A program made the translations under genes and the position numbers. A stretch of 64,000 nucleotides of DNA, from contig OX597819.1 in the NCBI GenBank assembly GCA_951406725.2, forward strand, positions 48,980,001 through 49,044,000. Direction: 5' to 3'. Source of the stretch: Octopus vulgaris. Lineage: Eukaryota. Below are positions 12,675 to 26,514 of this stretch, in pieces. The notes below the pieces were generated by a model. It had not been told where the DNA came from and ran no database searches. It saw only the letters and a list, made by a program, of their open reading frames with translations. Position 1 is the stretch's first letter. The number at the start of each line of letters is the position of its first letter.

Positions 12675-13668
12675 GCTGGTTCTGTAGAAGATGGTTGGTA
12701 GACTCAACCCTATTAATACCTATTTTATCAATCCTAAAACAGCTCTTTCAGTTCTCTGGCATTAATTCTAAATTCTTTGGCCTGGAACATAATTAATAAA
12801 TACAATTTTGTGTTTGTTACTTTTAGTACAAACCAAAGTTTCTACATAGCAACAGTTGATTTTTGTTGATTTAGCTTTAAAAAATATTTAACATTTGGAA
12901 ACCTTTCAAATTATTTTAGCAATCTGAGTAATTTCAAAATTGGAGTTCTATAGTAATTTTGAGTATTGGAAAAGGGAACTACTACTTTGTACAAGTGCTT
13001 TGCCTTGTACTATTAACACTTTGATGGAGTTGTAGGGATAATGACATATGGAGAATCTTGTGTATGCTTGGTAGAGCCCCTTTCAAACTAGACACAGAGA
13101 AACAAAGACAGAATCAACCCCAGTACAGAGCTGGTTCTTTATAAATTGCCCCTGAAGGGATGAAAGGCAAAATTAACCTTAGCACAATCAGCTCATATCT
13201 AGGTTCATGATATTTGTATATTAAATGAAAAAAAAGTGATATTCTTATAAGAAAACCCAACAAGATTCCACAAGCAGTGTCCATGTTGATAAATTGTTTA
13301 ATTCTAACAATTTTTCATATCTTGAGCCTAGGCAAAATCTTAAAAATAGAGGAATACAGAAGTAGGAAAGAAATAGAGATGGTAATAAACAGAAATTTGT
13401 ATATTAGATTATATTTAAATTAGCCAAACTGTAAATTTTAAACTCTATTCAGAAAAATAATTTGTTCATATTGAGAGATATAAGTATTACACTGTATTGT
13501 ATGTATGATTACTATCTCATGTAGTGATAACTTAATGTAGTAGAGAGGTCTTAATGTAGTTTGTTTATCTTTTATTCTAAAAATTATATATATTCATCAG
13601 TAATATTGAATCATCTCATAAATAATGTGGTTTTTTTATACTTATTTTATTTTTCAAAATTAAGATAA

Positions 13669-14015
13669 ACTCATTGACCCAATTTGCTGACTTTTCTGAT
13701 GGCACACTGGTGTCAATGAGTGGTTGAATGACTAAATCCAAGCTTCTCTGGTAGTTCCTCAACAGTTACAATGGGATTTTGTTCCAGAGTTTGCAGGACA
13801 TCCTTGTCGAGCTCTACAGATCTTCCAGGACAAGGTTAGTCTTCTAGGCTGTAGTTTCTGACTTGGAATTTCTGGAACCACTACTGACACTGGCATATGC
13901 TTATTGTCTGATCCCCATATACTGCATTAATATTTCTCGCACTTTCTGTTGCGTTGTTGTCTTTATTGAACTCATAAAGCAAAATGTGCCATACATGCTC
14001 TTTTGTCACTTCCAT
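13669..14015 (-). mobile_element. Mariner transposase pseudogene fragment (N-terminal HTH region)
   Basis: MEVTKEHVWHILLYEFNKDNNATESARNINAVYGDQTISICQCQ*WFQKF..NYSLED*PCPGRSVELD...KVSKLGQ*V, with in-frame stops. Confidence 0.85.
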
Positions 14016-14191
14016 TATAGCTTTGAAAAAGTAACTTAAAATCAAACTGCACTCTTCAAAACTTGCACTAAGAATAAGGACAAAGTAAAATTACTACCTG
14101 CTTTTATAGCAAGTCAATGCATGTAGTTTATCCCGTCCCCCTCCGACTTTTAGTTCATGAAATTGAAAAAAACCACATTATTTATGAGTTT

Positions 14192-14530
14192 CTTTTATTC
14201 TTTTACTTGTTTCAGTCATTTAACTATGACCATGCTGGAACACTACCTTTAGTTGAACAAATTGACCCCCAGGACGTTCTTTGTAAACCTAGTACTTATT
14301 CTGTCAATCTGTTTTGCCAAACCATTAAGTTACCGAGACGTAGACACACACACCACATACACGCACGCACACACATAAACGACGGGCTTCTTTCAGTTTC
14401 TGTCTATCAGATCCACTCACAAGGCTTTGGTCGGCAGAAGACACTTGCCCATGGTGCCACACAGTGGGACTGAACCCAGAACCATGTGGTTGGGAAGCAA
14501 GCTTCTTACCATACAGACATGCTCATACCT
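14192..14530 (-). mobile_element. SINE group A
   Basis: Reverse complement of the group A consensus. Confidence 0.88.
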
Positions 14531-16312
14531 ATGACCCAATATCTTATAAATATATATACAATATCTTGAATTTATTAATTTTCTGTTGATTTTTCATCTT
14601 CTGTGATAACTAAATTTGCTTGTCTTTTTTTATATATTAAACATTGAAGATAGGAGTAATAGTACATAAACATAATTTAAAACTGTATCTAACAATGTGA
14701 TGTTGTAGTGAAAATATATTCTACTTTGATGACTTTTTTAAAGTTTTAGTTTACTCTCTCATCTTAATAGGAATGTCATGGATTTATTATTATTGTTTTG
14801 AGAATGACTCAGTCAAAAAAACGCTATTTAGTGAATAAATCTGGTTGGTTCAGCTGTGTTATTCAAGTAGAGTCCTGTCAAATGTATGTTCAGAAGAGCT
14901 TCAGTGTTTGCATTGAACAAATGGTTTTGTGTCTGACACACAGTACTTAGGTTCAAACATAAAACATGTCCTGGTATAAAAGTTGATATGTTTGTTCAGG
15001 AAAGTATTTTGTTACCATATAAGTAATAGTTTGAGCAACTAACAGTGTTAATGCTGTTATTGACATGGATAATGTTTCTGTTGTTAGTGATACTGCTATT
15101 TGATAGATTGCACTTGCTGAGAATCATAGTCCAAATGACAAGATAATCACAAATAGAAATCATTTGCTAGTTGTGTACTATAGTTTGTCACTGATTATTA
15201 TTATTATTATATTATTATTGTTGTTGTTTACTACAATATCTTACATCATCATAATCTTTCATTTTCATGCCTGCCTTTTCCCATGTTGGCATGGGCTGGC
15301 CCTTCCTGTTGCCGATCCTTAACTGTTTCTCAAAGTATTTCTGTTCCCCTGGTTTGCATATGTTGAAACTACCAAACTACAGGACGTACTGTTTATAGGA
15401 GATAGAAACCTGATATTACAATCACCCACACAGTGTCAATGCAAAGACACACAGAAATAAACATTCTCTCACTCACTCACATGCACACGTAACATACACA
15501 CACAAATATTTCATTTACTATTTTCATTCACAAGATATTGGTCAGCCCAAGGTTATAGTAGAAAATACTTCTGGAAGATACCCACATTAGGCTGGAACCA
15601 GGGACCATATGGTTACAAAAATAATTTCATTACCACACAGCCACACCTATTACTCCTAGCTGCTAATTAAGTAGTTTTTTTTACAAGTAATCTATAACAT
15701 CACAAAGTATTATTGGTTGTGATATTAGATAACCAATAACACCAGTTGTGTTCTAATAGTAACAGGTGTTTTAAATCACTTTCAATATAATAACAACAAC
15801 CAACTCTAGACTGACTAACATTTTACATTCTTTTCAATGGTCAGAAATGCACTGCCACCTGGACATAATCCAATACACATCAATAATGTTTATTACCTAC
15901 ATAATGCTAAAAAATGGAGTTAAACTATTCACCTCACGTGTTCTAAAGCACAATACACATTCAGTATTTATTATTTATGGATATGAGTGTTTACATTCTT
16001 CATTAAATTGCTTCTAGTTGTAGCTTAAGATGATTTTTATTTTTTCATTCAATAACTACATCATGTGCTTCTGATATTTTAATGTTTGACATCCTAAATG
16101 GACATAAAAAATAAATATCAGGAGGCACAGTAAATGTATTTCTTTAAATTTCCTGGAAAAAAAAAGAAGAAATTTAGGATTCCTTGAAAAAAATTTTTTT
16201 AAAGAATCCTTAATTTCTTTAAAAAAAAATTTTTTTTTAATTAAAAAAAATTCTTTTTTAATTGAAAAAAAATTCTTTTTTTAAATTTATAAAAAATTTC
16301 TTAAAACCTTAA

Positions 16313-16531
16313 CCCTTTAGCATTCATGTTATTCGTTTAAAGGTAATGCTTATTCATTCACATTGTTTTGAATTAACCAAGCATTATCTTTTAGCTTTCA
16401 GATTTTGATGAAGTAACTTTATTTTTTAGAATGATATTGTAGGGTTGGTGTGAGAGGCCCAATCCAACCAGTTTGAGCATAAAACAAGTAGAATATTTGG
16501 GTCAGATATGGCCAGATTAAATGCTAAAGGG
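16313..16531 (+). mobile_element. piggyBac-like MITE family 1
   Basis: TTAA|ccctttagcatt ... aatgctaaaggg|TTAA. Confidence 0.85.
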
Positions 16532-16652
16532 TTAATTGTACAGTTGTGTGTTGTAATATTCAAGGCTTAGAAGCCATAAGATTCTTTGTTTTATATCATA
16601 AAAGTTGAAAAATTGATTAAAGAAAACAAATTTTAATAAAAGTGAAGTCTAC

Positions 16653-16719
16653 CTGGTGTGTGAGATGGTGTACTGTTTACACTGGCTGATTTCTGGCTGG
16701 AACTGGAGCTTCTTCGAGA
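16653..16719 (-). CDS. DLGAP1: DLGAP-family exon after GH1 (SRRSSSSSQKSASVNSTPSHTP)
   Basis: tgtatttctag acceptor, cag|gtagac donor, 67 nt (phase 0 to 1). In frame with the exon ending at 29468; Ser/Pro-rich coding-like composition. Confidence 0.8.
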
Positions 16720-16882
16720 CTAGAAATACAATTAAAACAAAGATGTCTTAGAATGGAATTCATGGTGACATTTCTCTCCCATCTATTCCCTTTATCATAG
16801 AGTACATAACTACAAAATAGAGAGAGATAGTTTTTTAAAGTTTTCTTCTGAAAACACTGCATTCATCTCTAATGAATGTATA

Positions 16883-17101
16883 TGAAGAGGTGCTGAAAAA
16901 TTCCTGGCTTTGGGTAAAAGAAAATACAGGAGGATCAGTTAATTATGATCTTATTCAACATATTCCCCAATCAGTATTCACACACTTATTGCAGTGGCCC
17001 TTTAATTTTTTTAAAATCCTATGAAAAAACTTGGAAGGTTGGGCCTCCAACCAGACTTTCATGATACCCTTAAAATCCAGGAACTTTTCAGCATCCCCTC
17101 A
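16883..17101. mobile_element. Mariner-like MITE
   Basis: Imperfect TIRs tgaagaggtgctgaaaaattcctggcttt / aaaatccaggaacttttcagcatcccctca with TA flanks. Confidence 0.75.
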
Positions 17102-17559
17102 TATATGATTAAAAAAAATCTGACAACTTTATCTTCATGTAGTGTATAAGAAATTGTTAATTTGATGAAACCTGCTTGAGAACCCTTTCCTGTCTAGATA
17201 GTCATAAAAGAATCAACAAACTTGTGAAATTGATTACTTCTCTCACTGCTTTCAGCAGTTAACTGAAGACTGTTTGTAGCTAGGCAGACTGAGCTAGTAA
17301 CAGTCATGGTAATGGATACAGTGTGACATTGGTAATGAGCTATGAGTCACCAGCCTTTTGTTGACTGACATCCAAATTAATTAGGACACTTAGGTAATAA
17401 AAATAATCGGTGACTTCTAGGGTGTGTTCTGGATATATGAAATAATTTATTTCACAGAAAGTTTTACGGCTATTATTCCTTTGCATATGTAACATACATC
17501 AGGGTACCTGTGATACCATTACATTTCTTGTGTACCCATCATTTCCATTAAGCACACAC

Positions 17560-17900
17560 AGTTTAGAATTCTACACCTTTTCTGCATGTCAAGGAAGGCC
17601 ACTTCCAGGATGGCAGTAAAGTTATATATCATTTCTTGCTAAGATTTTTGTCTTTGCTAGAATTTCTTTTAGGCCTATTGATTCTAGGGTCTATCCTCAT
17701 ATTTTTCTCAAGTTCTTTGATTCAGTTATGAGAACTACAGAGTTCCCATTGTCTGCAAATCTTGAAACCTGCTGTTATTGCCTGAAGAAGGAGGCAGCCA
17801 AGAATTGATCTTTGATGCAAACCAACCAGCATATGAAATTCCTTACCGAATTCATTGGTAACTCTTACCATGGTTTGCATGGTTATCACAAGGCATTGTT
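17560..17900 (+). mobile_element. Highly degenerate LINE 3' fragment (CR1/L2-like)
   Basis: ...ccagcatatgaaattccttaccgaattcattgg resembles a decayed WNSLP motif. Confidence 0.4.
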
Positions 17901-18411
17901 CTGTATCCAATTTTCTTAGTGATCACTGTATACAGATCGTGGAACTTCTGCACCCAATTTTGACTGTTTTATAGTTTTCCTTTAATCAAAAACTTCTCGT
18001 TTAGTTCTCATGATAAAGAGTGCATTAGTGGGGACCCATTCCATCACAAATGCAAATCACATCTTATCTAAGGTAAATTTCCTCCTCAGGACATCTCTTT
18101 TTGTCATTTCCATACTTTGGTCCATAAATTTTATACCTGTTATACTGTATGACAAGTTCCTAGTTTGAATCCATTTTGCTACTATGCACACGTTCATGAA
18201 TAAAATACCAGAAGATGATCAGATGTCAAACTGATAACACAGCAAAATACTGAATTATGACATATGCACAAGGTTTCAATTTTGGAAGATGGATAGGGCA
18301 TACTTAATTATATACATGCCAGTACTTGACTGGTTTATTGTATCTAATTGATCCTAGAATATTGAGAAGTAAAGTCTACTTTGTTAGTATTAATCTTAAA
18401 ATGAGATTAAG

Positions 18412-18597
18412 TCTTTAACATTTAGATTACACAGTTAAATGTAATGCATTATCTTGTAACATCAAGATTTTGATGACGTGATTGTGTATTTTCAGAATGT
18501 CATTTTAGGATAAGTGTGAGAGGTTGGATCTGGCCAACTTCAACATAAAACAGGCAGACTATTTGGGCTGGATATGGCCAGTTTAAATGCTAAAGGG
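18412..18597 (+). mobile_element. piggyBac-like MITE family 1 (left end decayed)
   Basis: ...gatatggccagtttaaatgctaaaggg|TTAA. Confidence 0.75.
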
Positions 18598-19317
18598 TTA
18601 ATAATCTGAAATATATTTATACTAAAAATATGGATGCCATCCAGTATAAAGAATTCATTATTAATAGATCTTTCATTTATGTCGTGTGTACCAGATTTTT
18701 AAAAAAATGTTATTAGCAGAGGGTTTGAATTTTGTGTTTGTTTACAATGAATCGATCTTGTGTAGGATGTAATCTACTATCTCTTCCAGTCCTCAACAAT
18801 CAAACACTTCAAGTCTAAACTAGCTAACATTTATGAAATGTCAGATAGTTGAGACCAGGAGTGAAATATGTTTATGTTTCTACATTTATCAAGCTATATT
18901 TGTTAAACAGATTTTATTTACATTTCAGTTTGTCTTTTTTTTAAATTTCTTGTTTGCATGTGATTTTAAAAACATTAAATGCTGACAAAAGACTTTTGGG
19001 AATTATTATTCGCTCAAGTAAAAAAGATTACTGAAATTGTGTTTAGTATACTATAGAGGTCACAAATCAAAATAAGCCCCTATGTAGTTGTTTGACCACC
19101 AGAAATAGCAGCTAAATTTTCTACAACTTGCTTTTTTACAATCTTAAAAAAGCAGGAAGGAAACATTGGACAATGTAGTCTTAAATACAAGGATATGGTT
19201 GGAATGCTTTTGATCAGAGGTCTGTTAAATCAAGGCTGTCCTAGAGTAAACAACAAAATTCATGTCATATAATATATAACAATGTAGATCAAAGATTAAA
19301 ATTTCAATTTATTTTTA

Positions 19318-19638
19318 TCTTTTACTTGTTTTAGTCATTGGACTGTAGTGATGCTTTTTTTTAAAATCTGGCACTTATTCTATCAGTCACTTTTGCCAGA
19401 CTGCTAAGTTAAAAGAATGTAAACAAACTAACAGTGGTTGTCAAGCAGGGTGGGAACAAGAACACAATGACATATACACAAATAACAGGCTTCCAGTCTC
19501 CATTTACCAAATTCACTTGCAAAGTATTAGTTGGTCCAGGGCTATAGTAGAGGATACTTGTCCAAGGTGATGAACAGTAGGACTGAACCCAAAACCATAA
19601 TAGTTATAAAGCGAGCCTCTTAACCACACAACTATGCC
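19318..19638 (-). mobile_element. SINE group A (diverged)
   Basis: ttttacttgttttagtcattggactg...ggactgaaccc...cttaaccacaca. Confidence 0.75.
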
Positions 19639-20820
19639 AAAAATATTTTGGGGAGAACATATCCACTGACAGACATTTATCTTGAAAGCGGTTTTAATAG
19701 CTAATTTATTTTGTTTATTTCAGAAACTATCAATTTATAATTGTGAACAATCTTATTTAATAATTCAATCCATTTTTAGAGTTAATTAAGTAATTGGCTT
19801 ACTTTTGTGACAACATGAAGCATATTTATAGTTGTAAAGATTGTCTATATCAATTTGAATATTAGAAATGTGGAACATACAGCCTCTGACATTCTTAGTG
19901 GCTTGCTGCTGTATTTTGTGTATTGAGGAAAAATAGGTCACCTTTTTAAATTAGATCTGTTTTCATTATTGCTGTGTAGTCACTAATCAGCTCTAATCAA
20001 CCAGACAGATAGTGCATAACTGTCCAAACATCTAGGTGTGAACTACAGATCTGTTGTTCAAGATACATTTTGCATCTGTCTAACTGAAGGTCATAATGAA
20101 CCCTGCAGTTATAGGCTTGGGAACAGGGGGTGCAAGCACATCCTCTAAAAGTTTTGGAGGGGGCAATGAAAACGCTTTGAACATCTTCCTGAAAAACTGG
20201 GTTCACCCCCCCCCCAAGCAAATTTCATTCCTGCACTTATGGGTGCAGTGTGACAGCCTGCACATGTCATGCTCTCTCCATTGTTCAGTCTATTTCTACA
20301 TTTCTGTTCTCGTTGTTTAGCCCCACAACTTGGACCTAATTGTGCGATCAGAAGTATTCCAACCATAGTAATCTTGTATTTTTAATTTCTTTTTGTCATA
20401 GGTACAGTATACTACGGTTACATTGTTCAATTTTCCATTCTTAGCAATGTAGGTGGCATGATTAAGGGAAATTTAGCTACTACTTCCAGGAGATTGAGCA
20501 ACTATTTAGAGGCATCCTGCATATAGAGCCTGGTGGTGGCCATAATGGAAGTGGGCAGAGTAGACTCACACACTCAGAGTGCTACAGTCGCTCTTCTGTA
20601 CTTGTCATTGGTGACAGCTGCAGAACAGTTAAGAACAACTCAATAATGACCTCCGACCTAATTGCTGAAAAATTAGATGAAGCAAATTCAGTACTTAATT
20701 GAGGTTTCATTTTGTTTGTTCTAATGCTTGGTGTCAGGTTGATGAAATACTGAAACTATTTTAAATTTTAGTTAACAACTATCGGGTTTTCATATGGTTG
20801 AAATTTAACTAAGTAATATA

Positions 20821-21148
20821 TGTGAAGGCATGTGGCTTAGTGGTTAGGGCATTCGGCTCATGATCGTAAGGTAGTGAGTTCAATTCCTGGCAGCGCGTTG
20901 TGTCCTTGAACAAGACACTTTATTTCACGTTGCTCCAGTCCACTCAGCTGGCAAAAATGAGTAGTACCTGTATTTCAAAGGGCCAGCCTTGTCACACTCT
21001 GTGTCACGCTGACTCTCCCTGAGAACTACGTTAAGGGTACATGTGTTTGTGGAGTGCTCAGCCACTTACACGTTAATTTCACAAGCAAGCTGTTCTGTTG
21101 ATCATATCAGCTGGGACCCTCATCGTCACAACCGATGGAGTGCTCCAT
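20821..21148 (+). mobile_element. tRNA-derived SINE group C1 with 11-bp TSD
   Basis: A-box tggcttagtggtt, B-box gagttcaattcc. taagtaatata is duplicated at 20810-20820 and 21149-21159. Confidence 0.88.
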
Positions 21149-22038
21149 TAAGTAATATACCATGTTTTTAACTATTATTATATGCTAGCAAGTATTGGAT
21201 GGTTCTATAAATTTCAACAGTTGAATGGATTCTAACAAAAGTTGTTTTCTCTAATGTCAGCCACTCAACTATGAAACAAAGTGATTTAACTTCAAATAGA
21301 TTGAGTGGTACAAGTAAGAAAACCTAGCAAGTGCCATAGTCAAAATTACACACTTTGAATCATGTAGTACATCCTAGCTGCCATTACAATGAAAGAAAAA
21401 CAGGATTCAGAAATTTATTGTGGATGTCTTAAGGGCGGGGGGGGGGGGGGTTATTGTTGTAAGACAAAATAATTTTAAATTAGCCAAGTAGGGCTAACTT
21501 TGCCTTTTATCATTCTGAGGGTTGACTCATTTGACTACACCCCTCAGCAAAAAATTTGTGGCTTTATTCTGTATGAAATTATCCCTAAACATCTGACAAC
21601 AAACTTTACATAAATATTTGTAAATATTAAATATTCAAGGAGTCAGCTTAGATATGACTGTGTAGTTAAGATTGCTTTTCAACTATGTTGTTTTGGATTC
21701 AATTCCTTTGTGTAGCACCTTGGCCAGATGTCTGGCTGAACAATGTCTTGTGAGTGAATTTGGTTGGTGTGTGAGCCTGTTTATATAGATATGTGTGTGT
21801 GTGTGCACATGCATGTTGTTCTTTTACTGCTTGACAACTGGTGTTGGTTTGTCAGTCAAAACTGTGGCCATTTTCCTTTCTTTCTCTTGGAATTAACTAC
21901 ATTGAAGTGAAAAAAAATACAATTCATATTGTGACCCCACTAATCCTTTCACCACTTCTGTGTAGTGAGTATAAGGTAGGCTAGAGTAGGTTTACAGAAT
22001 ACTAGCTAGGAGCAGACAAAACTGCCATGTAGTATGTA

Positions 22039-22237
22039 TATTTCTTTATTGCCCACAAGGGGCTAAACATAGAGAGGACAAACAGAGGGATTAAGTCGAT
22101 TACATCGACCCCAGTGCGAAACTGATACTTTTATTTATCGACCCCAAAAGGATGAAAGGCAAAGTCGACCTTGGCGGAATTTGAACTCAGAACGTAACGA
22201 CAGATGAAATACCGCTAAGCATTCCGCCCGGCGCGCC
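22039..22237 (-). mobile_element. SINE group B1, 5'-truncated, with 15-bp TSD
   Basis: gccatgtagtatgta is duplicated at 22024-22038 and 22238-22252. Confidence 0.9.
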
Positions 22238-23777
22238 GCCATGTAGTATGTAGTTAGGTCTCCTTTCATCCAGAGTTCAAATTACGCCAAGGCTGACCAT
22301 TGCCTTTTTTTTTACACTTCTGGAGCATTGACAAAATAATTAAGTCAAATACTGGGGCTGATTTAACTGACTTTACTCCTTCCTTCTTCACCAAGTATGT
22401 GGCTTTGTGACCAAATTAGAAATCAATAATTAGTTTGACGGTCATCAACAGATGTTCAGCTGGTAACTCATTATGTTACCTGTGCTGTTTTTTAAACAGA
22501 GTTATCTTTGGTGGTGGCAGTGGTAGGGAGGGCAAAATCAATAAAACTAATAAAAAGAAGTACAGTACAATATATGTATTAGTTTTATAAATCAAAAGTA
22601 TAAATTAGAATTAAGATTAAAATAAATATCTCCTAATGTGAAATTAAGTCAATAATTATACCATTGCACATAAAGTGTGCTGCAGCCATTAAGGGCTGTT
22701 GACATCTTGCAACATAAGGCACCACTCTGCTGAGCAAGCAGAATTTGAACAAACAACTTTATGATCTTGAAACAGCCACTAGGCCACATGCCTTCACAAT
22801 TATTGCTTGTGTATATAATAAACAGAAGAAACGATAGTAGTAACAACAACTAGTGGTAACATCTAGTTTTAATATCATTAGTTGAGATAACAGAAATATA
22901 GTTATGAAAGTAGTAGTAGTTTGAGCCCTAGGTTTTCTCTGACCCCCAGTCATGACCATCTCATCTTATTTTCAGAAACAGTATATTTAAGACTATGTCA
23001 ACAAATGTGTCTGTCCTTTCCATTTTGTTACAGTAAGGGAATGATTTAAGGGAGATTTGGCTGCTATGTCTAGCAGGTTGAGCAACCATTTAGGACTCCC
23101 TTCCCCTTTTGCTTCACATAAGCAGTTTGAAGTGGAAGAGGTGGAAATAATTAGTACTTAATTTCTGAAATGCATGCTCTTGAGATTTGTGAAACCCTCA
23201 GGATTGACTGACCCAGATCTTTTAACCCACCCCACTCTTGCTAGATTTACCTTTCCTTTCAGAAAAAAAAATCCAATGGTTATATATATTGAAAAATAAA
23301 TAAATATATGAATATATAACCCACCAATATTTGACATTGTAAGACAGGCATATTTGTGCTGAAAGTAAAGTTATTCATATAAAAGTAATATAAAAATGTG
23401 TGTTGTTTAATTTGGAGATGGCGAGAGCTGGGGTACAAAATTAGGATAGCATCTTTCTGTACACTACTTCAATACAGAGGGTATGACAACTCACTCACCC
23501 CTATTATCAAGTTTCAGCAGTTAGAAATTTTGTAGAAGGATGTGTGTGTGTGTGCAAGGGGGGGGGGGGTCATGTCTAATCCTAGAAAGTTAGTCCCTCT
23601 ATATATTTCTACACAAGGAAAGTTAGTTTCCCTATATATTTGTACAACAAGCAGAATTATTTTTTCTTTTCTCTCTCTTTTTTATTTAAAAAAATTTTTT
23701 TATCCCCCACCACAGAAATCAATTTAAATTTTATATGGAGCCAGAGCTATACTGAAAGTAATATTTCTATCACAGTA

Positions 23778-23989
23778 AGGCAGTAAGCTGGCAGCATCAT
23801 TAGCATGCCGGGTAAAATGCTTAGCAGCATTTCATCCAACTTTATGTTCCAAGTTCAAATTCCACTGTGGTCGACTTTGGTTTTCATCCTTTCGGAACAA
23901 TAAAATAAGTACCGGTTGAGTACTAGGGTCAATGAAATTAACTTACCTCCACCCTCAAACTTATAGGCCTTGTGCCAAAATTTGAAGCC
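23778..23989 (+). mobile_element. SINE group B2 with 18-bp TSD
   Basis: aatatttctatcacagta is duplicated at 23760-23777 and 23990-24007. Tail ggccttgtgccaaaatttgaa. Confidence 0.9.
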
Positions 23990-24065
23990 AATATTTCTAT
24001 CACAGTAGATAGGCTCTTTATTATTTACTGACTTTTGTCCCATATATTCTCTTCATATGAATTAT

Positions 24066-24362
24066 TATCATCAACATCAACATTAAGCCTCTGCTTTCCA
24101 TGCTGGCATGGGTTAGATGGTTTGACTGAGAACTAGTAAACTGGAGAGCTGCACCAGGTTCCAATCTGATTTTGTATGGTTTCCACAGTTGGATGCCCTT
24201 CATAATGCTAACCATTCCAAGAGTGTGATGGGTGCTTTTTACATGCCACTGGCATGGATGCCAGTTACATGACACCAGCATTGGCCACACCTTCAATTTC
24301 ACTTGGCTTGACAGAGTCTTCTCAAGCACTGCACATTGCCAAAGGTCTCAGTCACTTATCAC
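24066..24362 (-). mobile_element. RTE LINE 3' fragment
   Basis: ctttccatgctggcatgggtt...ggatgcccttc...gtcttctcaagcac, homologous to 277-996 with fewer internal repeats. Confidence 0.8.
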
Positions 24363-24555
24363 CTTACATATCCAAAGATAATGGCATTTTAAGTTGAGAA
24401 ATAAAACAGAAACCAAAAATAGAAATTAAGATCTCTTAGTGATTTAGTTTAATAAGGTTTAATGTTGGTTGGTAACAGACATTAGCGAGCAGACTGTTGC
24501 ATAGTGGAATCAGGTTGATATCAAAGAATAGTCGAAATATTCTACTTCCGTTTGT

Positions 24556-24910
24556 CTTTCTTTTACTTGTTTCAGTCATTAGACTGTGGCCATGCTGGGG
24601 CACCACCTTGAAGTTTTTAATCAAATGAATCACCGCCCCCACCAGTACGTTTTTTAAAGCCTGGTATTTATTCTATTATTCTCATTTGCTGAACTGCTAA
24701 GTTATGGAGATATAAACACTTGTCAAACAGTGGTGGAACACACACACACATGACAAGCTTCTTTCAGTTTCTATCCACCAAATTCACTCACAAGGCTTTG
24801 GTTGGCTTCAGGCTATAGAAGACATTTGCCCAAGGTGCCATGCAGTGGGACTGAACCAGGGACCATGTGGTTAGGAAGCAAGCTTGTTACCACACAGCCA
24901 CATCTGCACC
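24556..24910 (-). mobile_element. SINE group A
   Basis: Reverse complement of the group A consensus. Confidence 0.88.
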
Positions 24911-25712
24911 TACTAAGTCAGTTTATTAAAAGAAAATTGCAGTGAGGGAATTATCTCTAGATGCCTTTTGCAGGAAATTTTAAAATTAAGTGAGGGCTAA
25001 CATACTTAATGTAGTGACTTAAAATAAAATTAATTAATTAGAATTACAACTTTAGTGATCTGCTAACTTTCTTTTAAGTGGGGTGTGTGAACACAGTTGC
25101 CACTTGCAAGGGGGTACGACTTGTACCATGTACCATGCTGTTGGTAATTGTTTTAGGAGCCTATGATGTGCTCACAAGTAAACTACAAAGACACCTATGT
25201 AATCAGATTTCCCATCCTTGACCCAGTGGAGCATTGAGGATATGATAGCAGGAGGGAGTGGAAGGGGATGAGTAGACAGGAGAAAGTTAAAATGAAGTGG
25301 ATACATTATGTTGCCTAGTTTAGGAAATGAACCCTTGACTAATCACCAAGCAACATGCCTTCACTATAGATACTAACACATTAACACACATACAAGTTTT
25401 TGTTATGTATTTGAGGCAAGAAAAAAGAAAATGAAATGGAGTAAATATCGTTGCTATTATGTTAAACTGTCATATGTCCAAATGCATTTTTTTCAATATT
25501 TATTTTTGCTTGCTGGTTCTTTTGGTCAAATTATCAGTATCTTCAGATGCCAAGATATCAAAGATTGTCAAAGTGTAGTACAACAGTTTTGCTATGGAAT
25601 GGTGAAGCTACATTTTTGTTTTCTGAAAAAGCTATGTTTGGGACTTACAACACTTTTGCATAATAGCAATAATTATGTATTTATCATCGCAATTTTACAT
25701 GTTTCCCATGCT

Positions 25713-26060
25713 CAGTAGTTCCCAACCTGGGGTTTCCGTATAACCTTTGGAGTGTACATAAAATTTTGTTGCTAAAATTTACATGCATTAAACTGGTTAT
25801 ACTTCTGGTTATCAACTGGGGTCCATATGGCGCTGGGGGTGAGAGGTCTATATGAGATTTTGTTGCTAAAATTTATGTGCAATAAATTGGTCATACTTCA
25901 ACAATACACAATATATTCTAATCTTTAAAAATATAATTCCTAATGATATTTAATTATAAAAATATGAGGTTTTTCGAACCACTGAATGGCTAGGAAGACC
26001 CAACCAAGCAAAATAGGAACCAAAATGGGTCAATAGGTTAAAAATCATTGAGAACTGCTG
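25713..26060. mobile_element. hAT-like MITE with internal duplication
   Basis: Termini cagtagttcccaac / ttgagaactgctg. Imperfect 8-bp TSD cccatgct / tccatgat. ttttgttgctaaaattta...tacttc occurs twice internally. Confidence 0.6.
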
Positions 26061-26514
26061 TCCATGATGAATATTGAAAATAACTAGTGTTTGTTCATTA
26101 TGAAGAAAATGTCTATTTATGATAGCTTTCCTTAAACTTATTCTTTTCCCCAATTTTTACACCTATTTTTGAAGTTAATAACAGAATTAAATTTTTAAAA
26201 AAATCTTCCATCCTCATTTTCTGTCAATAAACCTGAGGATAAATTAACTGAATACTGTGTTAGTTTTACAGATCTGCCACTATTTACAGCACTGAACTTG
26301 ACCAATGTGCCAGTTCCAAGTATAATGAAACTTCTTTGTAGTTGTTTGACTTGTGAGAAATAGCCACCAAACCTCCCTCAGATCACAGCTAAATATCTTA
26401 AAGCAGAAAGAACACATTGAATTGATATATAGTTCTAAACGGACGACTGATCATAGCAAAACTTCTCTTGGTCACAGCTGACTTGAGAGTAAACAACAAC
26501 ACTGACTAGTTTAA

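Noticed and set aside
20821-20895. tRNA gene (likewise heads at 47165-47240, 40690-40767, 56731-56800)
   Set aside because: These are tRNA-derived SINE heads continuing into SINE bodies, some with TSDs; no intact cloverleaf with terminator.
21434-21450. Poly-G tract as a functional G-quadruplex
   Set aside because: Simple homopolymer, as at 1292 and 23557, with no supporting context; length is error-prone in assemblies.
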